Below, one piece after another: positions 11,530 to 21,569 of a stretch of DNA of 64,000 nucleotides. Position 1 is the first letter of the stretch; each line of letters starts with the position of its first letter. The notes under the pieces were generated by a model. It had not been told where the DNA came from and searched no databases. It worked only from the letters and a program-made list of their open reading frames with translations. The stretch lies in NCBI GenBank assembly GCA_965279375.1, contig OZ257156.1:5056001-5120000 (forward strand). The letters run 5' to 3'. This stretch comes from Gemmatimonas sp. Lineage in GTDB: Bacteria; Gemmatimonadota; Gemmatimonadetes; Gemmatimonadales; Gemmatimonadaceae. Position numbers and translations under genes: made by a program.

Positions 11530-12045
11530 ATGATCACGATTGCCATCGCCGCCTTGGTTTCCGCCGCACAGATCACGCCGATCGCGCTCCCCGACCGCGA
11601 AGTACGCGTAGCCAGCTCCTCGTCCGCCGTCCGGGTGTCAGCGCCCGACGATGCCGTCACCGCCGCCGATCATCTGCAGTCTGCGCGTCGCGCGCTGACG
11701 CAGGGCGACTTCGACGTCGCCCGCCGTGAGTTCGTCATCGCCGCCGCGCTCGATCGCGACGAGGGCAAGCTCCCCGTCGATGCAACGTTCGGGCTCGTCA
11801 ACGTACTCTACGCGCGCTCCCAGATCCGTGAAGCGGCCGCGGTGATGGACCGTCTCGCCACGGAAGCCTCTGAGCGTGGCGACGCCGACACCGAAGCCCG
11901 CGCCTTGATGGACGCAATCTGGCTCAACATCGACGCTGGCCAGCGCGTGCAGGCTCGTATCGACGGCGTACGTCTTCAGCAGCTGATGAAGGACAAGTCG
12001 CTCTCCAAGGAGACGCTGAAGCTGGTGAAGGAACGCTATCGCTAG
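11530..12045 (+). CDS. Secreted helical (TPR-like) hypothetical protein
   Basis: GGAG RBS upstream, signal-peptide-like N-terminus, amphipathic helical repeats. Confidence 0.65.
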   Translation: MITIAIAALVSAAQITPIALPDREVRVASSSSAVRVSAPDDAVTAADHLQSARRALTQGDFDVARREFVIAAALDRDEGKLPVDATFGLVNVLYARSQIREAAAVMDRLATEASERGDADTEARALMDAIWLNIDAGQRVQARIDGVRLQQLMKDKSLSKETLKLVKERYR

Positions 12046-12081
12046 TCAGTCGCCGTAGCGCTGCTCCGCACGAAGCACGCG

Positions 12082-13626
12082 TCAGCGATACGTCTCGAAG
12101 AACCCGCGTCCGCGGCCACGCAACACGGTGCCGCGGACGCGGCCGGCGATCTCCGCCTCCCCCGCCATCTGCACGAACCACGGTCGCTGAAGCGCGCGCG
12201 GTTCCGTTCCATCGCCTCGCTCCGCACGGCCAACTCTCGTGTCGCTTGCCACGGCATCGTCCATCGTCAGCGTGAGCCGCAGCGTGTCCGCGCCACGCAC
12301 GTCAGTCAACACGGCACGCGACGGCACGCGCAACGGACCATCCGACGTCGCGATCGTCCGCCCATCCTCGTAGCTGATCGCCTTGGGGCGAAAGAGCGCC
12401 AGGAAGCCGCTGCTATCGGTCACGTACACGAACAACGGTGACGTTCCCCCAGAGGAGTCTTCCGGCGCCACGCGTCCGTACAGCAGCGTGTATGCACCCG
12501 CGCGCGTCGCACCCCACTCCCACGTCACGCCGCGCCATCCACCCCAGTTGTGATCGTGATACGCCTGCGCATCGGCGTACCGATCGCATCGGGCAGCCAC
12601 ACAAATCGAGCCCGTCGCTGCCGCGCGCAGACCAGGCACCGCATAGCCCGACGCAAAGTCGCCGCTCACGAGCGTGGCACCCGGAAAGTCGACACGCGCG
12701 GCAGGCGTAACGACGAGATCGAGCGCGAGTGGTGTTCCCGAACCCTCTTCGCGTACCGCCGCGTGTACGGCATAGCGTCCGTCCGGCATGACGCGCACGG
12801 TGCCGTCGCCAATCGTCAGATCGGCATCGCGTGTCGAGAAGCGAACGCTCGCGCGCGGAATCGTCGCACTGAATCGACGCGGAGCGCGCCCACGCTCGTG
12901 CAACGTGACCAGCATCTGCCCGCCCCAGTCGCTCCCGGTGACGTCGCCACCGACGATGAACGAGATGAACGCCCATCGCGTAGCATCGGGCGAGATAACG
13001 TTGAAGTAGTGCCATTCGCCCCATGTCTCTCGATGCGCGAGGCCACTGGGCGGCAGATGAAAGTGATCGATGTCGTGACGCCATTCGGCGAGCGTCGGCG
13101 TCGTCCACCGGCGATCGCCGTCATCGTCCTCCCATGCACCCTTGGCGATCTCGGGGAGCGCGCCGAGTGCGCGCGTCGCGGAGGGGATCTCACCACTCGC
13201 GCGCACCGGGTGCTGCACACCGTCGGACGTGGTGATGTAGAGCAACTTGCCCTCGATCTGCGGTGCCACCGTCGCGACTACATCCGACAGGCGCGGCGCG
13301 GACAACACCTGCCGATGCACGAACCGTGCGTTGGGTACGGAGAAGAACAGGCCGCCCAAGCCGCCGGTGGTGAGCACTTCGATGTCGATGCCTTCGGGCA
13401 GTACGGTGACTTCGCCGCCCCCGACCAGCCGCTCCTGACTTGCCTGCGAGACCATCGCTTCGCCGACGGCCAGCAACACGATCATGACGCCAACTCCGAT
13501 ACCGAAGCCGCCACACAACAGTGCCGACCGCCACGGGCGATACGATACGCTGCGCCACGCCAGCAGCCGCGCCAGTACCAGTCGCGACGCGCCGATCGAT
13601 CCGCTGCTCACCGAAGTGCTACTCAC
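12082..13626 (-). CDS. Membrane-anchored fusion: MacB/FtsX-type N-terminus plus AttH/CrtC-like (lipocalin-like) domain
   Basis: N-terminus RPWRSALLCGGFGIGVGVMIVLL resembles ABC permease TM1; WGEWHYFN and AYHDHNWG..WEWG motifs. Confidence 0.65.
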   Translation of the reverse strand: MSSTSVSSGSIGASRLVLARLLAWRSVSYRPWRSALLCGGFGIGVGVMIVLLAVGEAMVSQASQERLVGGGEVTVLPEGIDIEVLTTGGLGGLFFSVPNARFVHRQVLSAPRLSDVVATVAPQIEGKLLYITTSDGVQHPVRASGEIPSATRALGALPEIAKGAWEDDDGDRRWTTPTLAEWRHDIDHFHLPPSGLAHRETWGEWHYFNVISPDATRWAFISFIVGGDVTGSDWGGQMLVTLHERGRAPRRFSATIPRASVRFSTRDADLTIGDGTVRVMPDGRYAVHAAVREEGSGTPLALDLVVTPAARVDFPGATLVSGDFASGYAVPGLRAAATGSICVAARCDRYADAQAYHDHNWGGWRGVTWEWGATRAGAYTLLYGRVAPEDSSGGTSPLFVYVTDSSGFLALFRPKAISYEDGRTIATSDGPLRVPSRAVLTDVRGADTLRLTLTMDDAVASDTRVGRAERGDGTEPRALQRPWFVQMAGEAEIAGRVRGTVLRGRGRGFFETYR

Positions 13627-13633
13627 GTGGCGC

Positions 13634-14344
13634 TCACGGTGCCGTCGCGGTCTCGCTGTTGCGCACGTCCGTCTCAACCCGGCCGTCCTTGAGCCGCACG
13701 ACACGCTTGGCTGCGCGTGCCACCACAGCGTCGTGCGTGACGAACACGAGCGTCGTGCCATCGCGATTCAACTGCCCGAACAGCTCCAGCAATCGCGCAC
13801 CCGTCTCGGCGTCCAGCTCACCCGTGGGCTCGTCTGCCAGCAGCAGCGATGGTTCATTGGCCAGCGCGCGTGCAATCGCCACACGCTGCTGTTCGCCGCC
13901 CGAGAGCTGCGTGGGTCGATGCCCCGCACGATCCCCTAACCCGACGTAGCCGAGCAGCTCGCGCGCCCGTGCACGTCGCACGCTGCGATCCACGCCCGCT
14001 TCGGACATCGGTAGCTCGACGTTCTCCGCCGCCGACAGCGTCGGCATGAGGTAGAAGCGCTGGAACACGAAGCCGATGTGTCGCAGGCGAAAGTCGGTGG
14101 CTTCCTTGTCAGAAAGCGCCGACGTGTTGCGCCCATCGATGGTGACGGTGCCACTGCTTGGAACATCCACGGCACCAAGCAAATGCAGGAGCGTGCTCTT
14201 GCCGCAGCCAGACGGGCCGGTGATCGCGGTAAAGTCTCCGCGTGCGATTTCGAGTGACACACCGCGCACGGCGGTGACGGTGGCATCGCCCATCCGATAG
14301 GCGCGTACCACATTGTCGCATCGCAGTACGATCGAATCAGTCAT
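13634..14344 (-). CDS. ABC transporter ATP-binding protein (LolD/MacB-like)
   Basis: GPSGCGKST, GFVFQ, LSGGEQQRVAIARA, LLADEPTG, VTHD. Confidence 0.95.
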   Translation of the reverse strand: MTDSIVLRCDNVVRAYRMGDATVTAVRGVSLEIARGDFTAITGPSGCGKSTLLHLLGAVDVPSSGTVTIDGRNTSALSDKEATDFRLRHIGFVFQRFYLMPTLSAAENVELPMSEAGVDRSVRRARARELLGYVGLGDRAGHRPTQLSGGEQQRVAIARALANEPSLLLADEPTGELDAETGARLLELFGQLNRDGTTLVFVTHDAVVARAAKRVVRLKDGRVETDVRNSETATAP

Positions 14345-14368
14345 GCGTAGGTCCTGCAACGGTTCTCT

Positions 14369-15571
14369 TCATCCGATAGCCTCTTCGCGCAGTGCCGCAG
14401 CGACAGGGGTAGACGACGCGCGCCACGCGGGGAGCAATCCGGCGCAGGTACCCGACACCAGCAGCAGCGCGAGCGACCGCCACGCGGCGCCCGGACTCCA
14501 CACGAAGAAGTCGAACGACGCAGGCAACCCCGGGAAGTCGCGCAAAATGGTGTTGAGCCAGCGCGCGGTGACCACGCCCAACAGCAGGCCGCCTGCAATG
14601 CCTGCCCCGCTCAGCATCAGCCCTTCCAGCAGTACCTGCTGCAACACACCCAGCTTTTGCGTGCCGATCGCGCGCAAAACGGCGATCTCGCCGCGACGTT
14701 CGTTCACCGAGAGCGTGACCAGCGTACTTACCAGCAGGAATCCGATGCCGAGGCTGATCGCGCCCAGCACGAAGGCGAGCTGACGAAAGTATGACAGCCG
14801 CTCCTCCACCTGACGGATTGCCGTATCCGTGGAGATGGCGGTGATGCGCGGCTGCGTGGTCGCAATCCACTCCCGCACCTGCTCCACGTGCACCGAATCG
14901 CCGAGACGCGATTCGGCCATCGCCATCGACATGCGATCGCGAAAGGACTCGCCAAGCATCGCGCGCAGTACCGGCAGCGAGACCGCGATCACGGGCGTCT
15001 CGTTCGGGATGTAGAAGAAGCGTCCTTCACCCACGAGCACCGCACGTCGCGTTCGCGCGGCCGTCCTCAGCTGCGCATCGACACCGGCTGCGATGGTGAT
15101 GGTGTCTGCCAACCGATGTCCCGTGCGCTGCAGAAAGGTCTTGCTCACCACGGCGTAGACGATGCCGCCGTCACCAGGACGCATGTCCGCACCACGTTCC
15201 ACCGTGTAGTCACCCTGCACGGCGGGCTCCAATCCCAACGCGAACGCACTCGGCACTCGGCTCTCCGGCAGCGCGAGTGTTGCGCCAAGAATGGGGCTGA
15301 CCGCCTTGATGTCCGGCGATGCACGCAGCGACGCGACAATCGCGCCGGCACCGTCGATTGTGGCTTCACTGTCGAACGGCAACGTACCCTTGGGCGCGAT
15401 GCGCAACTGATAGCCGCGCGTGAGCAACAGCGAACGAAACGACTCGCTCATGCCGGTGGCCAGCATCACCATGTCGAGCAGCAACGCGGCCGCGACGGCA
15501 ATGCCGAGCACCGCGAGCAGCGTGCGTGCGGGATGCCGACGCAGCGTGGCAAAGGCGAGCGTGAGTCGCAT
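14369..15571 (-). CDS. ABC transporter permease (FtsX/MacB family)
   Basis: RTLLAVLGIAV, SVNERRGEIAVLRAIG, LPAWRAS...ALREE. Confidence 0.9.
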   Translation of the reverse strand: MRLTLAFATLRRHPARTLLAVLGIAVAAALLLDMVMLATGMSESFRSLLLTRGYQLRIAPKGTLPFDSEATIDGAGAIVASLRASPDIKAVSPILGATLALPESRVPSAFALGLEPAVQGDYTVERGADMRPGDGGIVYAVVSKTFLQRTGHRLADTITIAAGVDAQLRTAARTRRAVLVGEGRFFYIPNETPVIAVSLPVLRAMLGESFRDRMSMAMAESRLGDSVHVEQVREWIATTQPRITAISTDTAIRQVEERLSYFRQLAFVLGAISLGIGFLLVSTLVTLSVNERRGEIAVLRAIGTQKLGVLQQVLLEGLMLSGAGIAGGLLLGVVTARWLNTILRDFPGLPASFDFFVWSPGAAWRSLALLLVSGTCAGLLPAWRASSTPVAAALREEAIG

Positions 15572-15574
15572 GCG

Positions 15575-16525
15575 CTATCGCCCTATCAGTGCAAGCGGTG
15601 GCGTGCGGACGAGACGCCACGCAGCCAATGCACCGGCCGCGATGCCCAGCACCAGCGAGAGTCCCGTCGCGAACGCGAGGATCTGCGGCGTGATCAGCGC
15701 AAAGGTGAGCGGCGTCCGATAGACCGCCTGGTAGTGCGAGTTCACCAACAGCGAGCACACCCACCCAATCACCGCGCCCATCGCGCTGCCGATCAGCGAC
15801 ACGATCGCCGCCTCGATCACGACCGAGCGAATGACGGTGGATTGCGAGACACCCATCAGGCGCAGTGCTGCGATGTCGCGACGCCGCTCTTCGACCGTGA
15901 GCAGTAGGAGGCAGAGCAGGAAGACAGCGCTCGCCACGACGGTAATGATGCCAATCGCGCGGTGAAACCGCTCCACCACTCGAAAGGTGCGCGAGCTACC
16001 GACGGCGACATCACGCGAACGATGTGCGCGGAATCCGAACGCCACGTGATTGATACGCGCCACCGCCGAATCGGACGAAGCGCCCGGCTTGAGTCCGACG
16101 GCAAAACGGTCCACGCGATCGTCGATCGCGAGCAGTTGCTGCAGCTGATCGAGATGCAAACGCACGCGAAACTCCTGGCGTGCGACTTCCGACGGATCGG
16201 CGCGGCGCGTCACGATGGCGGCCACGGCAACCGTATCGCCCGGCAGTCCAGGCACCGCACTCACGCGCACGCGATCGCCCACCGCGAGTCCATAGTCGCT
16301 GGCCATGCGGGCATCGATAGCGATACCTCGCACTGCCGGAGGCACCCGTCCGAACGTGGGAGAGGGCGGCCCCTGCGCTGACGCGAGACTCACAGGCACC
16401 GCGAGCATCAACAACAGCGCGCGCGTTGCACGTTGCGAACGCAGAAGCTGAAAGACAGAACGGATCACGGAGGAGCAAACGATCGGAAGTGCGCGCGCGT
16501 TCCGAAAGAACCGCGATGCCACCAC
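15575..16525 (-). CDS. ABC transporter permease (FtsX family, short); start uncertain
   Basis: TVEERRRDIAALRLMG, three C-terminal TMs. Confidence 0.8.
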   Translation of the reverse strand: MVASRFFRNARALPIVCSSVIRSVFQLLRSQRATRALLLMLAVPVSLASAQGPPSPTFGRVPPAVRGIAIDARMASDYGLAVGDRVRVSAVPGLPGDTVAVAAIVTRRADPSEVARQEFRVRLHLDQLQQLLAIDDRVDRFAVGLKPGASSDSAVARINHVAFGFRAHRSRDVAVGSSRTFRVVERFHRAIGIITVVASAVFLLCLLLLTVEERRRDIAALRLMGVSQSTVIRSVVIEAAIVSLIGSAMGAVIGWVCSLLVNSHYQAVYRTPLTFALITPQILAFATGLSLVLGIAAGALAAWRLVRTPPLALIGR

Positions 16526-16530
16526 GGCGT

Positions 16531-17304
16531 TCAGCGCGACTCCGTCTTTCCCTTGCGTGCGCGCGCCGACGCCTTCGGCTCCTGAGCGACGGGCAGATGG
16601 ATTTGCTCCGCCAGAACCGGCTCCACCAACACCTGCTCGGCCAGCGACGTACCCACCATCGGTTCAGCATCACCGACGCGGAGCGTCAGCGGACCATCGA
16701 ACGGCGCGCGCGCGACAAGCGTGACCGCCGCGCCGGGCTGGAGCGCGATCTCTGCGAGATAGCGGAGCAGTTGCGGATTCTTGTCGCTCACTTGCACCAT
16801 CCTCGCGTGGTCGCCCACGGCGAGGTCCGCGAGTCTGATGTACGGCCGCTGCTCGACAGTGCCCTCAACGGTGGGAATCGGCGCACCGTGCGGATCGGAG
16901 GTGGGATGGCCGAGCGCGGCGGCCATCCGCTCGATCAGTTCATCCGATGCAGCGTGCTCGAGTCGTTCCGCCTCCACATGCACGCTGTCCCACGCAAAGC
17001 CGAGCACGCGCGTGAGGTAGCTCTCGAGAATGCGGTGCCGTCGAATGGTGCGCAGTGCGGCGCGGCGCCCTACATCCGTGAGCTGCACACCCTTGTAGCG
17101 CACGTGCGTGAGATAGCCCTGACTCGCCAGACGACGGATCATCCCGGTGACCGACGCGGGGGCAACGTCGAGCGCGAGGGCGACGTCGCTCGTGGAAGCC
17201 GCACCATCGCGGCGCTCCAGTTCGTAGATCGCCTTCAGATAGTCTTCGACCGGCTCGGTCAGCGCAGGAGGCGACGCAGACTCCGCGCGCGCGTTGGGGG
17301 GCAT
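16531..17304 (-). CDS. mntR: DtxR/MntR family metal-dependent regulator with FeoA-like C-terminal domain
   Basis: VEDYLKAIY, VAPASVTGM, RRHRILESYL, EAERLEHA, DPHGAPIP; located in the mntH operon. Confidence 0.9.
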   Translation of the reverse strand: MPPNARAESASPPALTEPVEDYLKAIYELERRDGAASTSDVALALDVAPASVTGMIRRLASQGYLTHVRYKGVQLTDVGRRAALRTIRRHRILESYLTRVLGFAWDSVHVEAERLEHAASDELIERMAAALGHPTSDPHGAPIPTVEGTVEQRPYIRLADLAVGDHARMVQVSDKNPQLLRYLAEIALQPGAAVTLVARAPFDGPLTLRVGDAEPMVGTSLAEQVLVEPVLAEQIHLPVAQEPKASARARKGKTESR

Positions 17305-17314
17305 GCCGCGAAAG

Positions 17315-17755
17315 CTAGCGAGGAACCGGGCGATTGCGGTCGCGCACCATCAGCACCGGGACCAGCGTCTTGTGGCGCACCGTATTGGCGGTGGTGCCGT
17401 AAATGACGTCCTGCAGCCCTCGATGCCCGTGCACCGCCATCGCGATCAGGTCGCACGTCTCGCGCTCGGCGGCCGCGACAATCTCGGTCGCCGGGTCGCC
17501 ACCGGCCAACACCGACTCGGCCTCGAATCCATCGCTGCGGAGGGTGGCGCAGCACGTCTCGAGATACGCGCGGTCGCGCTGCATCTCCTCCGACTCACGC
17601 AGTGAGAGCGAGCGCAGGTTGCGCGCGGCAAATCCGTCGGCGACATGAATGAGCAGCAGCGACGAATGGCAAAGACGTGCGAGTTCGCGTACATGATCGA
17701 GAATACACTGATCGTACGGCGAGTTTTCGAGCGGAACGAGAATTCGGCGGTACAT
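17315..17755 (-). CDS. Universal stress protein
   Basis: [34 protein letters not shown]. Confidence 0.9.
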   Translation of the reverse strand: MYRRILVPLENSPYDQCILDHVRELARLCHSSLLLIHVADGFAARNLRSLSLRESEEMQRDRAYLETCCATLRSDGFEAESVLAGGDPATEIVAAAERETCDLIAMAVHGHRGLQDVIYGTTANTVRHKTLVPVLMVRDRNRPVPR

Positions 17756-19140
17756 CAGGACACCCAGCCGCGCACGGTCTGGAAGAGCAACCAGACGTTG
17801 AGCGTAGAGATGATGGCGGCAACCGTGTACGCCGCGATGCGCAGACCGAGCGAATTCACGAACTCACCCATCTTTTCGCGGTCGGAAGTGAAGCGCACGA
17901 GAGGAAACACGGCAAAGGAGAGCTGGAGCGAAAGAATCACCTGACTGAGCACCAGCAACTTGGCGGTTCCGCTGGCCCCGTAGAAGATCGCCACCACGGC
18001 CGCCGGCACAATAGCGATCGCCCGCGTAATCAGCCTCCGCAGCCAGGGACGGATGCGGAGTTCGAGGAATCCCTCCATCACGATCTGACCGGCCAGCGTA
18101 CCCGTCAACGTGGAGTTCTGTCCCGACGCGAGCAGCGCCAGCGCGAACACCGCACTCGCGCCAGCGACGCCGAGCAATGGCGAGAGCAACCGGTGCGCAT
18201 CCTGGATCTCTGCGACCTCGGTGTTGCCGCTGGTGTGAAATGTGGCCGCGGCCACGATGAGAATCGCGGCATTGATGAACAACGCGAACGTCAGCGCGAT
18301 GGTGGAATCGATGAACGCAAACTGCACCGCCTCGCGCTTTCCTTCCCTGTTCTCGGCGTACTTGCGCGTCTGCACGATGGACGAGTGCAGATAGAGATTG
18401 TGCGGCATGACCGTCGCGCCGAGGATGCCGATGGCGATGTAGAGCATCTCCGGGTTGGTGATGATGTCCGTGGTGGGGATGAACCCCTTCGCCACGGCCG
18501 CCATGTCGGGCCGCGAGATCACCAACTCGAACAGGAAGCAACCGCCAACGACCGCGACGAGCCCGATGACCATGGCCTCCAACAGACGAAAGCCCTTGTT
18601 CTGCAGATAGAGCACCACAAGCACGTCGAGCGCGGTAAGCCCGATGCCCCGTGGCAGCGGCAGATCGAACAGGAGATTGAGCGCGATCGCGGTACCGATC
18701 ACTTCGGCTAGATCGCACGCCGCGATGGCGATCTCGCACAACACCCAGAGCGTGAAGGCGACGCGCGGCGAGTAGTGATCGCGGCAGGCCTGCGCGAGGT
18801 CGCGCCCGGTCACGATGCCCAGCTTGGACGCGAGCCCCTGCAGCAACACGGCCATCAGATTGGAGAGCAGGATGACCGAGAGCAGCGCATAGCCGAACCG
18901 CGATCCACCGGCGAGGTCGGTGGCCCAGTTGCCCGGGTCCATGTAGCCCACTGCCACCAGATAGCCCGGCCCCGCAAAGGCCAGCAGCTTCCGGAACCAC
19001 GTCACCCCCGACACGTCCACCGAGCGATACACCTCGGAGAGCGAGGGCGCGAGACGTGCACGCCTCCAGCCGGGCTCGGGTGACGCTGACGCGGCGATCG
19101 GTTCAGCCGCGCTGTCGGGGGTCGTTTTGAGTGTGCTCAC
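17755..19140 (-). CDS. mntH: Nramp divalent metal (Mn2+) transporter
   Basis: [47 protein letters not shown]. Confidence 0.95.
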   Translation of the reverse strand: MSTLKTTPDSAAEPIAASASPEPGWRRARLAPSLSEVYRSVDVSGVTWFRKLLAFAGPGYLVAVGYMDPGNWATDLAGGSRFGYALLSVILLSNLMAVLLQGLASKLGIVTGRDLAQACRDHYSPRVAFTLWVLCEIAIAACDLAEVIGTAIALNLLFDLPLPRGIGLTALDVLVVLYLQNKGFRLLEAMVIGLVAVVGGCFLFELVISRPDMAAVAKGFIPTTDIITNPEMLYIAIGILGATVMPHNLYLHSSIVQTRKYAENREGKREAVQFAFIDSTIALTFALFINAAILIVAAATFHTSGNTEVAEIQDAHRLLSPLLGVAGASAVFALALLASGQNSTLTGTLAGQIVMEGFLELRIRPWLRRLITRAIAIVPAAVVAIFYGASGTAKLLVLSQVILSLQLSFAVFPLVRFTSDREKMGEFVNSLGLRIAAYTVAAIISTLNVWLLFQTVRGWVS

Positions 19141-19145
19141 AACCG

Positions 19146-19167
19146 CAATTTAGGCGACACTAAATTG
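19146..19167. promoter_or_regulatory. Putative MntR/DtxR-family operator upstream of mntH
   Basis: Perfect palindrome CAATTTAG-N6-CTAAATTG, AT-rich, 5 bp upstream of the mntH start. Confidence 0.8.
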
Positions 19168-19201
19168 GCCGCAAGTGTGCCTTTGTCGTGCGCGCCGCCA
19201 G

Positions 19202-19249
19202 GGCGAACCCGTAGGCGCGCACGGGATCCTCGCGCGCTACGGGGTCGCC
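19202..19249. terminator. GC-rich hairpin overlapping the TonB receptor stop codon
   Basis: GGCGAACCCGTAGGCGCGC pairs imperfectly with GCGCGCTACGGGGTCGCC. Confidence 0.45.
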
Positions 19250-21402
19250 GTCAGGGACATTCGCCACGTGCGGAGCGCGCCGGGCATCAGGTTGTTGTTG
19301 CCCTGTGTAGACGCGATGTAGCGCCGATCGAACGCGTTCTCGACGTTGACCTGCGCGCGGAGCGTGCGGTGCAGCGTGGCGAAGAGCGCCGCGTCCACGC
19401 GCGTGAAAGCCGGAATGCGCAGCGTATTATCGATGGCGGCGTACATGCGGTTTTGATGTACCACGCCGACGCCCACGCCAAAGCCACGGGCCACCCGGTA
19501 GCGATTCCAGAGCGACGCCGTCGAGCTGGGCACGAGCGGGACCGTGGCGCCAGCCTTCGCGGCGGTAGTCGCGTGCACGATGCGCGCCTGCTGTATGGCC
19601 ATGCCGCCGGCAATCTGCCAACGCGATGTCACATCGCCCGAGAGCCCTGCCTCGACACCACGGGTGCGCTGCGCGCCAGTCTGCACCACGCGCGCTGCAT
19701 CGAGCGGATCGGTGGCCGTGGTATTGGTTCGATCGAGCTGATACCACGCGGCGGTCAGCGACAGCGCGTCCGTGAGATCGATCTTGGCGCCGATCTCCTG
19801 ATTGGTGAAGCGCTCGGGCACGAGCGCACGCGTGGTGACCGTGAGCGAGGAGAACTGATCGCCGGTACTCGGCAACCACGAGCGCGTGACGCTGGCGTAG
19901 GTGGATGCGCGCCTGATCGGATGAAACACGAGACCTACGCGCGGCGACACGAGCAGATCCGTGCGAGCGAGGCGTGCGTTCACGCGATTGGTATCGCGAT
20001 TGTTGTGGAAGCGCACGGCAAAGCGTTCGATGCGTGCACCGGCAAGCAACTCCCAGCGCGAGCCGAGCACGATCTGGTCCTGCATGTACGCGGATGCGAC
20101 GCTTACCGCGGTCTGGTTGTCGGCGTCGGTGGCGCTCTGCCGGAACAGCAACGGCGTGCTCACGGTGGGCGCGGACAGTGGCACCTGCACCGTCGTGGTG
20201 GTGCCGTTGAAGTAGCCGGTGCTGCGGAACTGCTCCGTGTCCTGCGAGCCCAATTCCGCGCCCGCGAGGAGCGTATGCTTGAGCGAACCGGTGTACCGCT
20301 CGAGCGTGACATCGGTCTGGTTGAAGAGATTCTTCCGATCGATGCGATGGTTGTACGCGGAGAGCGCGACCGTCGCGCCGCTCGCGACAACAGCTCCCGG
20401 GAACGAATTCTGATAGAACTTGCCGTAGCTGCTGTAGCTCGACCGATTGCGAATCTGAATGCCGCTGGCGGTCACGTGTTCGAGCAGCGAGGTCGCGGAG
20501 CGTACCTGCATGGTGGCGGTATTGACCGTCGGGTTGCCGAAGAAGGCCGTGTAGCGATCCAGCAGTGCCTTGCCCTGATAGGACGGAATGCCGCGATCGA
20601 CAGTGCGCGTGTCGTTCAAGTATTCGTAGCCGAGGCGCACCATCGTGCGCGGTGCCACGAGAAACGACAGCGTCGGATTGACTGCCTGCCGGCTCTGGAG
20701 ATTGGCGACGCGGAAGGTGCCCGATTCATCCACCAGTGCATTCACTCGAATCGCGGCGCCCGGCGAAATGGATTGTCCGACGTCCACCGTCGCGCGCTCG
20801 TGCCCGAACGATCCCACTTCGATGGTGGCGGAGCGCGTGTTCGTCCACTGCGCCGCCTTGAGCACGCGATTGAATACGCCACCGCCACCGCCGCGACCGA
20901 AGGTCATCGCGTTGGAGCCCTTGAGCACTTCGACGCGCTCGACGTTGTAGACATCTCGCAGGTACTGCGCGTCATCGCGCACGCCGTCCACGAAGAAGTC
21001 CGCGGTGGAGCTGTTCCCACGGATGGTCGGGGCATCGCGATGTCCCTCGCCGAGTCCCATGCTGACGCCGGGGACGTAGCGCGCGACATCGGCCATCGAC
21101 TGCATCGCTTGGTCAGCGATGAGGGCGCGAGAGACGACGCTGACCGACTGCGGCACGTCGCGCAGGAGCGTTTCAGTACGCGTGGCGGACATGAGCCGCC
21201 GGGTCAGGTAGGTCGGGCGGCGCTGCACCGAATCCTTAACCAGCACCGGACGGAGGGCTTGGGCGGCGCTGTCTGCGGCAGCCGGCTTGGCTGGCGACGG
21301 GCGTGGGATTTGGGCGCGCAGGGGCGCGCTGGCGACAGCCAATCCGAGGAGTGAGGCTGCCAGCGACGCGGCGGCCGAAGCGCGTGGGGTTGATCGAGTC
21401 AT
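19237..21402 (-). CDS. TonB-dependent siderophore receptor (Fiu-like)
   Basis: Signal peptide; plug motifs SATRTET.LRDVPQSVSVV, IRG, VDGVRD, ERVEVLKG; C-terminal VNVENAFDRRY. Confidence 0.9.
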   Translation of the reverse strand: MTRSTPRASAAASLAASLLGLAVASAPLRAQIPRPSPAKPAAADSAAQALRPVLVKDSVQRRPTYLTRRLMSATRTETLLRDVPQSVSVVSRALIADQAMQSMADVARYVPGVSMGLGEGHRDAPTIRGNSSTADFFVDGVRDDAQYLRDVYNVERVEVLKGSNAMTFGRGGGGGVFNRVLKAAQWTNTRSATIEVGSFGHERATVDVGQSISPGAAIRVNALVDESGTFRVANLQSRQAVNPTLSFLVAPRTMVRLGYEYLNDTRTVDRGIPSYQGKALLDRYTAFFGNPTVNTATMQVRSATSLLEHVTASGIQIRNRSSYSSYGKFYQNSFPGAVVASGATVALSAYNHRIDRKNLFNQTDVTLERYTGSLKHTLLAGAELGSQDTEQFRSTGYFNGTTTTVQVPLSAPTVSTPLLFRQSATDADNQTAVSVASAYMQDQIVLGSRWELLAGARIERFAVRFHNNRDTNRVNARLARTDLLVSPRVGLVFHPIRRASTYASVTRSWLPSTGDQFSSLTVTTRALVPERFTNQEIGAKIDLTDALSLTAAWYQLDRTNTTATDPLDAARVVQTGAQRTRGVEAGLSGDVTSRWQIAGGMAIQQARIVHATTAAKAGATVPLVPSSTASLWNRYRVARGFGVGVGVVHQNRMYAAIDNTLRIPAFTRVDAALFATLHRTLRAQVNVENAFDRRYIASTQGNNNLMPGALRTWRMSLTATP

Positions 21403-21419
21403 GACGATGGAAGTATTTT

Positions 21420-21434
21420 TGAGAACGATTCTCA
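21420..21434. promoter_or_regulatory. Putative Fur box
   Basis: TGAGAAC-G-ATTCTCA 7-1-7 inverted repeat in an AT-rich patch 17 bp upstream of the TonB receptor start. Confidence 0.75.
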
Positions 21435-21475
21435 TGTACTGCAATTGCAACTAAAACACTCGGCTTTAACCCGTC

Positions 21476-21552
21476 AAGAAAGGCCCGGCACTTCGTTGGG
21501 ACGAGTGCACGGGCCGTTCTGAGCTCTCAAGCCGACCGGAAACCGGTCGGCT
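21476..21552 (-). terminator. Two hairpins downstream of ggt, including an intrinsic terminator
   Basis: Perfect 10-bp stem AGCCGACCGG/CCGGTCGGCT (21530-21552); on the minus strand GGCCCGTGCACTCGT...ACGAAGTGCCGGGCC followed by TTTCTT. Confidence 0.65.
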
Positions 21553-21569
21553 GTGCCCCGCTCCGCCGA

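Noticed and set aside
19165..21354. Long antisense ORFs (also 99-1046, 2296-3618, 55328-57058 and others)
   Set aside because: Typical shadow ORFs opposite well-supported genes in high-GC DNA
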